This document shows positions 17,205 to 24,773 of a DNA stretch of 44,360 bases, one piece after another. The stretch is from contig PFBB01000023.1 in the NCBI GenBank assembly GCA_002773475.1, forward strand, positions 1 to 44,360, given 5' to 3'. This stretch comes from Candidatus Harrisonbacteria bacterium CG10_big_fil_rev_8_21_14_0_10_44_23. Lineage in GTDB: Bacteria > Patescibacteriota > Minisyncoccia > UBA6257 > 1-14-0-10-44-23. The notes under the pieces were generated by a model. That model worked only from the letters and a program-made list of their open reading frames with translations, made no database searches and was not told where the DNA came from. The position numbers were made by a program, and so were the translations under genes. How positions within the stretch are numbered: the stretch's first letter is position 1; each line of letters starts with the position of its first letter.

Positions 17205-17230
17205 GACTCTGTGGAAACACAGAGTTCTTT
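17205..17230 (+). terminator. secF terminator
   Basis: CTCTGTG-GAAA-CACAGAG hairpin followed by TTCTTT. Confidence 0.6.
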
Positions 17231-17247
17231 GAGCTTGAGGAGATTGC

Positions 17248-17718
17248 ATGCGAGAGTGCGTCCTGGCCGGAGTGGCGATCGTAGTGGTCGTCTTAACACT
17301 TTTCTTGGTTGGGCCCAAGTTTCTGGAAGAAAACAGCTCGACCGAGATCCAGCGGATCCCTGTTCCGCCTGTCGGCAAGATGACCTTCCAGCCCTATGAG
17401 GGGCTGGTAGCGACAATGCCAGCCGGGTCGGAGGGCTACGTTGAAATTTCCGCCCTATACGAGGGCGACGACGGTTTGTATTTGCCCTCCACTACCCTGT
17501 ATTGGCTATCCTCTAGGGTGCCTGTCGAAAAGGAGGCGAGCATCGGGAAGGTATTGCTTCGGTGCGAGGCAGCGGGTTTCAAGCCCCAAGAGCAGAGGAT
17601 GCTCTATTTCGCAGACTGGGAGAGCGTTCCTGCTCTTGTGAAGCAACGGGTGCGGAGCCGCCTCGTCGTCCCTCCCAACATCGACAGTGACGGCTGGGTG
17701 GCGTTACAAGTTCTCTGA
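17248..17718 (+). CDS. hypothetical N-terminally membrane-anchored protein (156 aa) in a G+C-rich islet
   Basis: GAGGAG lies 5 nt before the ATG. The N-terminal helix is VLAGVAIVVVVLTLFLVG. Line 17341-17400 has 36/60 G+C. A hairpin follows the stop. Confidence 0.5.
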   Translation: MRECVLAGVAIVVVVLTLFLVGPKFLEENSSTEIQRIPVPPVGKMTFQPYEGLVATMPAGSEGYVEISALYEGDDGLYLPSTTLYWLSSRVPVEKEASIGKVLLRCEAAGFKPQEQRMLYFADWESVPALVKQRVRSRLVVPPNIDSDGWVALQVL

Positions 17719-17721
17719 GCG

Positions 17722-17748
17722 CTGGGGTGGCCCAACGGGCCGCCCCAG
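17722..17748 (+). terminator. G+C-rich hairpin after the islet ORF
   Basis: CTGGGGTGGCC/GGCCGCCCCAG (11 bp, one G-T pair). The following T-run is weak. Confidence 0.45.
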
Positions 17749-17767
17749 ACAAAATCTACAGATCCCC

Positions 17768-17796
17768 TTGACTTTATCCGGGAAAGTTGATATCTT
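17768..17796 (+). promoter_or_regulatory. sigma-70-like promoter (TTGACT, 17-nt spacer, TATCTT)
   Basis: -35 at 17768-17773 and -10 at 17791-17796, upstream of the 17845 gene. Confidence 0.5.
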
Positions 17797-17844
17797 ATTT
17801 CCATGTCTAAAATATGTCTAATTTGACTAATTTCTTAATAAAAT

Positions 17845-18903
17845 ATGGCAACAAAAACTAAGAGTTTAAAAACTCGACAAATCATAGAAGAGCTTTTCAA
17901 AGGTCTCGACCAAAGGCAGGAAAAAGTTTTGACCAAGCGTTATGGTCTAGATAATGGTGAGGAGCTCACTTTAGCTGAATTAGGAAAAATATTTTCTATC
18001 ACTCGAGAGAGAGTCCGACAGATTGAAGCGGCGGCCCTTAATCACGTAAGGGATCGAGCTACAGAAGGGCACCTTAATGCTTTAACTGAGGCAGTTTTAA
18101 ATACCTTAAAGAAAACCGGAGGGGTAAAGAAGGAGGAGCATCTCTTGGACGAAATCAATGGATTCGCAACTGGAGCTGACCTAGTCTCTGGATTTGCTCA
18201 ACAAGTTAAATTTCTCTTAGAGGTTTCAAAGGCGGTCTTATATCACAGAGAAGACGAGGCTTTTCATTCCCACTGGCACATGAGCGAACAACACCAAGAA
18301 AAGGCCATTAAATTCTTAGAGGACTTGATGAAGTCAATGAAAAGTAAAAAGAACGAGGTCCTCGAAGGGGAGAAGTTTGATGATTTCTTTGACGAAATAA
18401 GAGAATTGCACAAACTTGAAAAGGAAGTGGCTAAACACTACCTAAAGATTTCAAAGAAATTTAGCGAAAACATTTATGGTGATTTCGGTCTAGCGGAGTG
18501 GAAAGAGGTTCGACCAAAGGTGGCTAGAGACTGGATCTATCTGATTCTAAAAAAAGCTGGAAAGCCACTGCACTTTTCTAAGATCGCCGAAGAGATACGA
18601 AAGACAAGAGCAGGAAAGAAAACCAATACCCAGACCATTCACAACGAATTAATTAAAGACAAACGATTTATCTTGGTTGGCCGAGGTATGTATACCTTAA
18701 GAGAACTGGACGATATGCCAGCTGGCACAATCCGCGAGGTGTTGATGCATATCCTTAAAAAGGAAGGATCTTTAAACGCAAAGCAGATAATTGAGAAGGT
18801 GCTAAAGAATCGAATCTTCAAAGAGAACACAATCCTGTTTAATCTTCAAAACAAAAAATACTTTAAGCGTCGAAAGGACGGAAAGTACGAATTAGTTATA
18901 TAA
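17845..18903 (+). CDS. sigma-70 region-4 HTH plus C-terminal HARE-HTH domain protein (no region 2)
   Basis: N-terminus: VLTKRYGLDNGEELTLAELGKIFSITRERVRQIEAAAL (sigma region 4). C-terminus: WIYLILKKAGKPLHFSKIAEEI...IHNELIKDKRFILVGRGMYTLRE (HARE-HTH, as in the RNAP delta subunit). Confidence 0.65.
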   Translation: MATKTKSLKTRQIIEELFKGLDQRQEKVLTKRYGLDNGEELTLAELGKIFSITRERVRQIEAAALNHVRDRATEGHLNALTEAVLNTLKKTGGVKKEEHLLDEINGFATGADLVSGFAQQVKFLLEVSKAVLYHREDEAFHSHWHMSEQHQEKAIKFLEDLMKSMKSKKNEVLEGEKFDDFFDEIRELHKLEKEVAKHYLKISKKFSENIYGDFGLAEWKEVRPKVARDWIYLILKKAGKPLHFSKIAEEIRKTRAGKKTNTQTIHNELIKDKRFILVGRGMYTLRELDDMPAGTIREVLMHILKKEGSLNAKQIIEKVLKNRIFKENTILFNLQNKKYFKRRKDGKYELVI

Positions 18904-18905
18904 AA

Positions 18906-18936
18906 ATAAGCCCCGAGCAAATCGGGGCTTATTTTT
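18906..18936 (+). terminator. strong rho-independent terminator
   Basis: ATAAGCCCCGA-GCAAA-TCGGGGCTTAT followed by TTTT. Confidence 0.8.
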
Positions 18937-18944
18937 GGCTCTTC

Positions 18945-18953
18945 TGATATAAT
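18945..18953 (+). promoter_or_regulatory. extended -10 element TGATATAAT
   Basis: TGnTATAAT match. Its last T lies 7 nt before the ATG at 18961, which implies a leaderless or near-leaderless mRNA. Confidence 0.5.
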
Positions 18954-18960
18954 TAGAACT

Positions 18961-20238
18961 ATGATTACGGAGATTGCGCTACTGCTCTTAAACGCTATCT
19001 GGCCAATAGTTCTTTTGGTTGTTCTTTACAGGAGCTTCATTGTTTATTTATTGGCTTGGCGACAGAGTGAATATGAGGAAAAACAGTCTTGGACTATTTT
19101 AGAATTGCAGATTCCTCGAGAAATTAAACAAAGCGCTAAGGCAATGGACCAAGTGCTGCAGGTTTTACACACCGTCAATGATGATCCAACAGACCTAATT
19201 AAGAAATACTGGATAGGGCAGAAGACTTTGCCAATTTCTTTTGAAATGGTCAGCTTTGGAGGTGAGGTGCATTTTTATGTTCGAATTTTGTCCACCCACA
19301 GACAAGTTGTCGAAACTGCCTTTTTTTCTTTTTATCCGGATGTAGAGGTGCACGAAGTAGAAGACTATATGAAACAATTGCCGGAGACGGTAAAAGAATT
19401 AAGGATGCAAGGGAAGGAGGCGTTTAGTATGGACTTAAAATTAAACCGCGAAGGAGCATATCCGATTAAGTCTTACGTGGATTTTTCTGGAGGAGAAGAA
19501 GAGACTTCTGGCGACCCAATATCGGTATTTTTGGAAGTTTTAGGAAAGCTGAAGGATGGGGAATTTTTGGCAATTCATATTCATGGAGTTCCCTTAGATG
19601 CGAAAAAAAGGAAAAAGAAATATGAATCCTTGGTGAAGGAGCTGAGAAAAGACCCAGAACCGGGGGCAACGACTTTCCCCGGATTTAGAACGGATGAAGA
19701 AAACCGATCACTGTCAGCGTTGGAGCGCAACCTTTCAAAACCAGCATTTAATACAGCGGTGCGGTTTGCCTATGTTGCCCCGAAAGCGATTTTCTCTGGG
19801 GGATTCCCAAGGAGGGGGGTAATAAGCGCTTTCAATCAATATGCGGCGGCAGATCGAAACTCTTTTGCGCTAAACTGGCCAGCTGGTCCGTATGGCGATG
19901 TTTGGCACTGGCCTCACATTTTCCCCGACCTTAGGACTAAGTTGAGGGGGCAAAGGACTTGGTTAAATTTCCGTTTTAGAAATTGCGGCGCAATTGACGA
20001 TCTTCCAGACGTTTTGGGAGCGCACCCAATCAATTCAAATAAAAATTTGCAAGCTATTGAGCTAAGCACCGAAGGACTGGCAACGATATTCCACCCACCA
20101 ACTCAGGCGGTATTAACAGCGCCACATACAAAGAGGGTCGAAAGCAGGAAGGGGGCTGCCCCAGCTGGAGCACCGATATTTGCGGAAGAAAAAGAAATCG
20201 AAGAATTCACTAGGGTTGGCCAAGAAGGGGAAAACTAA
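18961..20238 (+). CDS. TM-anchored protein of unknown family (425 aa), first gene of the four-gene operon
   Basis: ORF track. The N-terminal hydrophobic segment is IALLLLNAIWPIVLLVVLY. No motif I can name. Confidence 0.6.
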   Translation: MITEIALLLLNAIWPIVLLVVLYRSFIVYLLAWRQSEYEEKQSWTILELQIPREIKQSAKAMDQVLQVLHTVNDDPTDLIKKYWIGQKTLPISFEMVSFGGEVHFYVRILSTHRQVVETAFFSFYPDVEVHEVEDYMKQLPETVKELRMQGKEAFSMDLKLNREGAYPIKSYVDFSGGEEETSGDPISVFLEVLGKLKDGEFLAIHIHGVPLDAKKRKKKYESLVKELRKDPEPGATTFPGFRTDEENRSLSALERNLSKPAFNTAVRFAYVAPKAIFSGGFPRRGVISAFNQYAAADRNSFALNWPAGPYGDVWHWPHIFPDLRTKLRGQRTWLNFRFRNCGAIDDLPDVLGAHPINSNKNLQAIELSTEGLATIFHPPTQAVLTAPHTKRVESRKGAAPAGAPIFAEEKEIEEFTRVGQEGEN

Positions 20239-20252
20239 CAAATAAAATTAAA

Positions 20253-20918
20253 ATGGCAGACGATAAGAAAAAAGAAGGAGACGGGCAGTCGCACTTTAGT
20301 GCGTTCTTCTTGATTGCTCTAGCTTTGATTTTATTTTTAATCTACACCTTCCTTCCCAGTGGTGGCGGACAAGCACTTTTAGGCTACCTTCCTGGTGGAC
20401 AAGTTGATGCCGGAGGAGCGGTGGGCTGGTTGGCTCATATTTGGTTTGATTTCTTTTGGCCAATGTTTATCTTCTTTGACGTACTACTGATTATTGGCTT
20501 GGTTCTTGTTTGGATAAAGGCTAGAAAGTATCACAGAGCTCCAAAACTATTTGATACCCCAATGGAGTCCTTGGCTAACGGAAAGAAGTTCTCGGTGGAC
20601 AAGCAAATCAGGAAAATTTGGTTTAAGGTAGTTGAACGAGCGCAAGGAGGGACACAGGAGTCTTGGAAATCAGCTATTTTAGAGGGAGATGCGGTGGTGG
20701 ATTTATTTTTGAAGAAGTATGGATATGAAGGAGATACGATGGCAGACAGATTGAGCCAGATAATCGAGCAGGAAGTTTCCGCGGTGGAGCAAGTTTGGAA
20801 GGCGCACCGGTTAAGAAATGACATTGCTCACACTCCTGGATTTGGGGTGAGCAAAAAAGACACCCAAGATGCCCTAACTGCATATCGAGATTTCCTTCGG
20901 GAGGTTGGAGTGATTTAG
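20253..20918 (+). CDS. 2-TM membrane protein with a soluble C-terminal domain bearing an Rx4H (HEPN-like) motif
   Basis: Two hydrophobic helices (FSAFFLIALALILFLIYTF and FWPMFIFFDVLLIIGLVLVWI). The C-terminal part has KAHRLRNDIAHTPG. It starts 14 nt after the previous gene. Confidence 0.6.
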   Translation: MADDKKKEGDGQSHFSAFFLIALALILFLIYTFLPSGGGQALLGYLPGGQVDAGGAVGWLAHIWFDFFWPMFIFFDVLLIIGLVLVWIKARKYHRAPKLFDTPMESLANGKKFSVDKQIRKIWFKVVERAQGGTQESWKSAILEGDAVVDLFLKKYGYEGDTMADRLSQIIEQEVSAVEQVWKAHRLRNDIAHTPGFGVSKKDTQDALTAYRDFLREVGVI

Positions 20919-20922
20919 TGTT

Positions 20923-22314
20923 ATGACAAACAACGAGCAACCACAAGATGAATTCCGTCTACAAACGGTAAAAACGGCTCCGCCGCCAGCGGAGTTGCCA
21001 ATTCTTGGCCAAGCCGATGAGCGGCAGGTTTCTTTTTTTGGCCGCACCAACTATGCCTCAGCTCTGGATGAAAAGAAGTTTGTTTTTGGGATCAAAAAAA
21101 ATGATCGCCGGTCAAATATGTATATTATCGGTAAGAGCGGGGTGGGGAAAAGTAAGTTGATGGAGCTGATGATTAGGCAGGACATCATGCGAGGAAGCGG
21201 GGTTTGTCTGATGGATCCGCACGGGGAAATGATTGATGATCTTCTGCATTTTATCCCCGAGGATAGGATAAAAGACGTTATAATATTTGATCCTAATGAC
21301 AAGGAAGCACCGATTGCTTTTAATCCGTTTGCGAACGTGCATGAAGATTTTCGATATCAGATGGCGCAGGGATTAATAGAAATAATGCAGGCACAATTTG
21401 GCTCTCAATGGAGCGCTGGCATGGAACACGTTTTCCGTTTTGCAGTTTTAGCGCTAAACCAATATCCAAAAGCAACTGTTCGGGGCTTGGCTGAGATTTT
21501 TAATAATCCTCAATATCGAGAGGAGGTGGCAAAATACAGCAGCGATGAGATGGTGAAAAGATTTTGGCTGAGTGAGTACGCTCACCTTGCCTCTCAATCT
21601 AAAATGCAAAGAGAAGTGATAACTCCCTTGGTTAATAAGCTGAGCCAATTTCTATTTGATCCATTATTAGGGAAGACCTTTTCATCTCCGGAGCACAAGT
21701 TTAGTGTTGAAAAATCGATAGAGGAGAAGAAAATAATTTTGATTAACTTGGCGAGGGGGAAGCTAGGAAAAGAAAACTCTAGCTTTTTAGCAAGTTTATT
21801 GCTTCTCAAGATTAAGCAGGCGGGGATGACAAGAATGCGGCTAGCTGATCGAGAGCGAGAAGATTTTTATTTGTATATTGATGAATTTCATCACTTAGTT
21901 ACGGAAACGTTTGAAAATTTACTCTTTGAGGGGAAGAAATATCATATCCCTCTAACGATTTCCCATCAGTACTTAGGGCAGGTGGTTAGCCATTTTCAAA
22001 ACTCCGTTTTAGCAAATATTGGGACTTTGGTGGTGTTTCGTTTGGGGGGTGATGACGCAACAAAGATTGAATCAGAGTTGGCGCCGATCTTTAAAGCGAA
22101 AAATATTATCAACCTTGGTCGAAGACAATTTTATATTAAAATGCTGATTGACGGAGAGCCCCACGATCCATTTTCTGCTGAGGTTTTAAAGGTGCTTTCT
22201 CCTAGGCATAAGTCATTTAGGAGGGAGATCATCGATGCTGCGAGGGGGCATTATTCAATCAGCCCAGAGTCTCCGGTGATGCAAATAGGGATGAAGGAGG
22301 AAACAGCTAAATAA
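20923..22314 (+). CDS. soluble VirD4/TraD/TrwB-like (FtsK-HerA superfamily) P-loop ATPase, paralog 1
   Basis: Walker A IIGKSGVGKS, Walker B DFYLYIDEFH, and KKYHIPLTISHQYLGQ. There is no N-terminal TM helix. It starts 4 nt after the previous gene. Confidence 0.7.
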   Translation: MTNNEQPQDEFRLQTVKTAPPPAELPILGQADERQVSFFGRTNYASALDEKKFVFGIKKNDRRSNMYIIGKSGVGKSKLMELMIRQDIMRGSGVCLMDPHGEMIDDLLHFIPEDRIKDVIIFDPNDKEAPIAFNPFANVHEDFRYQMAQGLIEIMQAQFGSQWSAGMEHVFRFAVLALNQYPKATVRGLAEIFNNPQYREEVAKYSSDEMVKRFWLSEYAHLASQSKMQREVITPLVNKLSQFLFDPLLGKTFSSPEHKFSVEKSIEEKKIILINLARGKLGKENSSFLASLLLLKIKQAGMTRMRLADREREDFYLYIDEFHHLVTETFENLLFEGKKYHIPLTISHQYLGQVVSHFQNSVLANIGTLVVFRLGGDDATKIESELAPIFKAKNIINLGRRQFYIKMLIDGEPHDPFSAEVLKVLSPRHKSFRREIIDAARGHYSISPESPVMQIGMKEETAK

Positions 22315-22327
22315 ACTAACTGGTATA

Positions 22328-24121
22328 ATGACAGATATGGATCAGCAGCCAATTGAGGGACCAAGAAAGAAAGACGTAGTCTATTTTGCGCGAACTAATT
22401 TTAGAAATGAGAGTCGGCTTTTTGGTATAAAGAGAAAAGATCGTCGCCAGCACATGTATGTAATCGGAAAGACGGGTACTGGTAAATCGGTTTTGTTGCA
22501 AAATTTGATTGCTCAGGATATTCGCAACGGAGAGGGTGTGGCGGTAGTGGATCCGCACGGAGAGTTAGTAGAGACTTTGATGAAAATGATTCCTCGCGAA
22601 CGGGCGAATGACGTTGTCTATTTTAACCCCGCTGACACGGAATATCACATTGGTTTTAATCCATTGGAGGTGAAAGACCCGAAACACAAACACTTAGTTG
22701 CTTCAGGTTTGATGGCCATCTTTACCAAAATCTGGGCAAACGTTTGGTCGGCTAGGATGGAATACATTTTAAGTAATGCAGTTTTGGCGCTTTTAGACAC
22801 GCCAAATGCAACCTTGTTGGGAATTACTCGGATTTTAGTAGACAAGGCATATAGGCAAAAGATTGTTGACACTATTCAAGACCCGGTGGTGCGCTCATTT
22901 TGGATGAATGAGTATGAAGAGTGGCAAGATAAGTTTAGAAACGAAGCCATCGCACCTATCCAAAACAAAGTTGGACAATTCTTATCCACCGCTTTAATTA
23001 GAAACGTAGTTGGTCAGCCAAAAAGTACGATTGATATTTTTGAAATGATGAATAGCAACAAGATATTTTTAGTAAACGTATCGAAGGGAAGAATTGGAGA
23101 AGACAACTCCGCTCTTTTAGGCGCAATGTTGATTACCAAGATCCAATTGGCGGCGATGGAACGGGTTAGAATCCCAGAAGACGAAAGAAAAGACTTTTAT
23201 CTATATGTCGATGAGTTTCAAAACTTTGCTACGGATTCGTTTGCGGGAGTCTTGTCGGAAGCTAGAAAATATAGATTAAATTTAACTATTGCACACCAAT
23301 ATATTGGACAATTGATAACTGATATGTCGACGAAGGTCCGGGACGCAGTGTTTGGAAACACGGGGACGATGATTGTTTTTAGAGTTGGGGCGGCAGATGC
23401 GGAGGCGCTGGAGAGTGAGTTTACTCCTGAGTTTGGAGTTCAAGACATTGTTAATTTACCGAATTACCAAATTTACGTTAAGTTGATGGTGGATGGGATT
23501 AGCCGAAGACCTTTTTCGGCGAGCACGCTTCCTCCGTTTCTCCCACCCAGACTGGCTGTGGGTGAGGAGGAAATTATACAAGGGGCGCGAGAACGTTATG
23601 GAAATCCTCGAGAGGTGGTTGAGGATCAAATCCAGTCTTGGAGCCGAAGCCTACCAGGAACTAACGGAACCACCGTGAGTGCACCGGTAAGAGCAGGGAA
23701 GCCAATGGTTGATTCTGAAGATGGGATAGTTAAGGCGGAATGTTCAGTGCCCGGATGCACGCGAGTGGCAAAACTAAGATTTAAACCAGACCCAAACCGA
23801 CCGGTGTATTGTTCGGTCCACTATGAAATGCTAGACAAAGGGGAGATTGAGCCGGTTAAAATATTGAAACGGCCAGCACCGGATAAGTTAGACCGAGCAA
23901 AGACTGGGTTATCAAATCTTGGCATTGAGTTTGAGCCAAGGGGCGGGGTGCGCCGAGAGGAAGGTAGGAATAAAAATCGTCGTCGAAGTCGGTCGGGGCC
24001 GATTTCCTTAACGAATTTAAATAAGGATGAAAAAACAAAGAGGGAGAAGCCGATCGATCAAGAAAAAATAGAAAAGCTAAAACAGGAGATAAAAAATAGT
24101 ACTGAAAAAAAGGAGGGCTAG
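22328..24121 (+). CDS. soluble VirD4/TraD/TrwB-like P-loop ATPase, paralog 2, with a C-terminal Zn-ribbon-like motif and a basic tail
   Basis: Walker A VIGKTGTGKS, Walker B DFYLYVDEFQ, and RKYRLNLTIAHQYIGQL. It is colinear with paralog 1. The C-terminus has CSVPGC...FKPDPNRPVYCSVH followed by an R/K-rich tail. Confidence 0.7.
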   Translation: MTDMDQQPIEGPRKKDVVYFARTNFRNESRLFGIKRKDRRQHMYVIGKTGTGKSVLLQNLIAQDIRNGEGVAVVDPHGELVETLMKMIPRERANDVVYFNPADTEYHIGFNPLEVKDPKHKHLVASGLMAIFTKIWANVWSARMEYILSNAVLALLDTPNATLLGITRILVDKAYRQKIVDTIQDPVVRSFWMNEYEEWQDKFRNEAIAPIQNKVGQFLSTALIRNVVGQPKSTIDIFEMMNSNKIFLVNVSKGRIGEDNSALLGAMLITKIQLAAMERVRIPEDERKDFYLYVDEFQNFATDSFAGVLSEARKYRLNLTIAHQYIGQLITDMSTKVRDAVFGNTGTMIVFRVGAADAEALESEFTPEFGVQDIVNLPNYQIYVKLMVDGISRRPFSASTLPPFLPPRLAVGEEEIIQGARERYGNPREVVEDQIQSWSRSLPGTNGTTVSAPVRAGKPMVDSEDGIVKAECSVPGCTRVAKLRFKPDPNRPVYCSVHYEMLDKGEIEPVKILKRPAPDKLDRAKTGLSNLGIEFEPRGGVRREEGRNKNRRRSRSGPISLTNLNKDEKTKREKPIDQEKIEKLKQEIKNSTEKKEG

Positions 24122-24134
24122 AAGCCCTCTTTTG
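24112..24134. terminator. bidirectional hairpin shared by the operon and convergent efp
   Basis: GGAGGGC-TAGAA-GCCCTCT followed by TTTT. Both stop codons lie in or near the loop. Confidence 0.6.
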
Positions 24135-24702
24135 ATTTTTCTATTCGGCTTGAGTAAGCGCCGTCTTGAGTGTTGACCTGAATAATGTCTCCGTTGTTTA
24201 CGAATAGGGGAACATTGATAGTGGCTCCGGTTTCTAAGACTGCTTTTTTCGTGCCTCCAGTGGCGGTATCTCCCTTTTCTCCGGGTGGGGTCTCTTTAAC
24301 CACTAATTCTGCTTTAATTGGCCAATTGATGGAGATTATCTTTCCCTCAAACTTTTGGGCCTGAACCTCAGTGTTGGCTTTGATAAAGTTGGCTTGAGCG
24401 CCAGCAATATTTTCAGGTATAGAAAATCGATTGCTGGGGTTGGCTGGATCGCAAAACCAAAATTCCCCGCGATTGTTGTAGAGATATTTGGCGTTTTCAA
24501 CTTCCATATCGGCTTCTTCAAAGCTTTCATTCATGTGGAAGTTTCTTTGAAGCACCTTTCCATTAAGTAGGTTTTTAAAATCAAGCTGCATCACTGGCTT
24601 TCTTTGCTGTTTGCGTAAAAAAGCGGCATTCACAACTTGGTGGGGTTGGCCCTCGTAAATAAAGACGATTCCCGGTTTTAGTTCGTTGTAGCTTAATGAC
24701 AT
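24118..24702 (-). CDS. efp: elongation factor P
   Basis: It aligns without gaps by eye to E. coli EF-P over the N-terminal ~50 residues. GDTATGGTK and VPLFV motifs are present. Confidence 0.9.
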   Translation of the reverse strand: MSLSYNELKPGIVFIYEGQPHQVVNAAFLRKQQRKPVMQLDFKNLLNGKVLQRNFHMNESFEEADMEVENAKYLYNNRGEFWFCDPANPSNRFSIPENIAGAQANFIKANTEVQAQKFEGKIISINWPIKAELVVKETPPGEKGDTATGGTKKAVLETGATINVPLFVNNGDIIQVNTQDGAYSSRIEKSKEGF

Positions 24703-24743
24703 ATTTCAAGAGTTTAAGGGGTTTTGAGAGTTTAGGCAAGGTT

Positions 24744-24766
24744 AGAGCCCGCGCGGGGCGGGCTCT
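24744..24766 (-). terminator. G+C-rich hairpin downstream of the GNAT gene
   Basis: AGAGCCCGC/GCGGGCTCT 9-bp stem with no clear T-run. Confidence 0.4.
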
Positions 24767-24773
24767 GGGCTGG

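Noticed and set aside
17159-17804. Five overlapping 60-85-aa ORFs on both strands around the 17248-17718 ORF
   Set aside because: This is the same high-G+C artefact. The 156-aa frame has the SD, the TM helix and the terminator.
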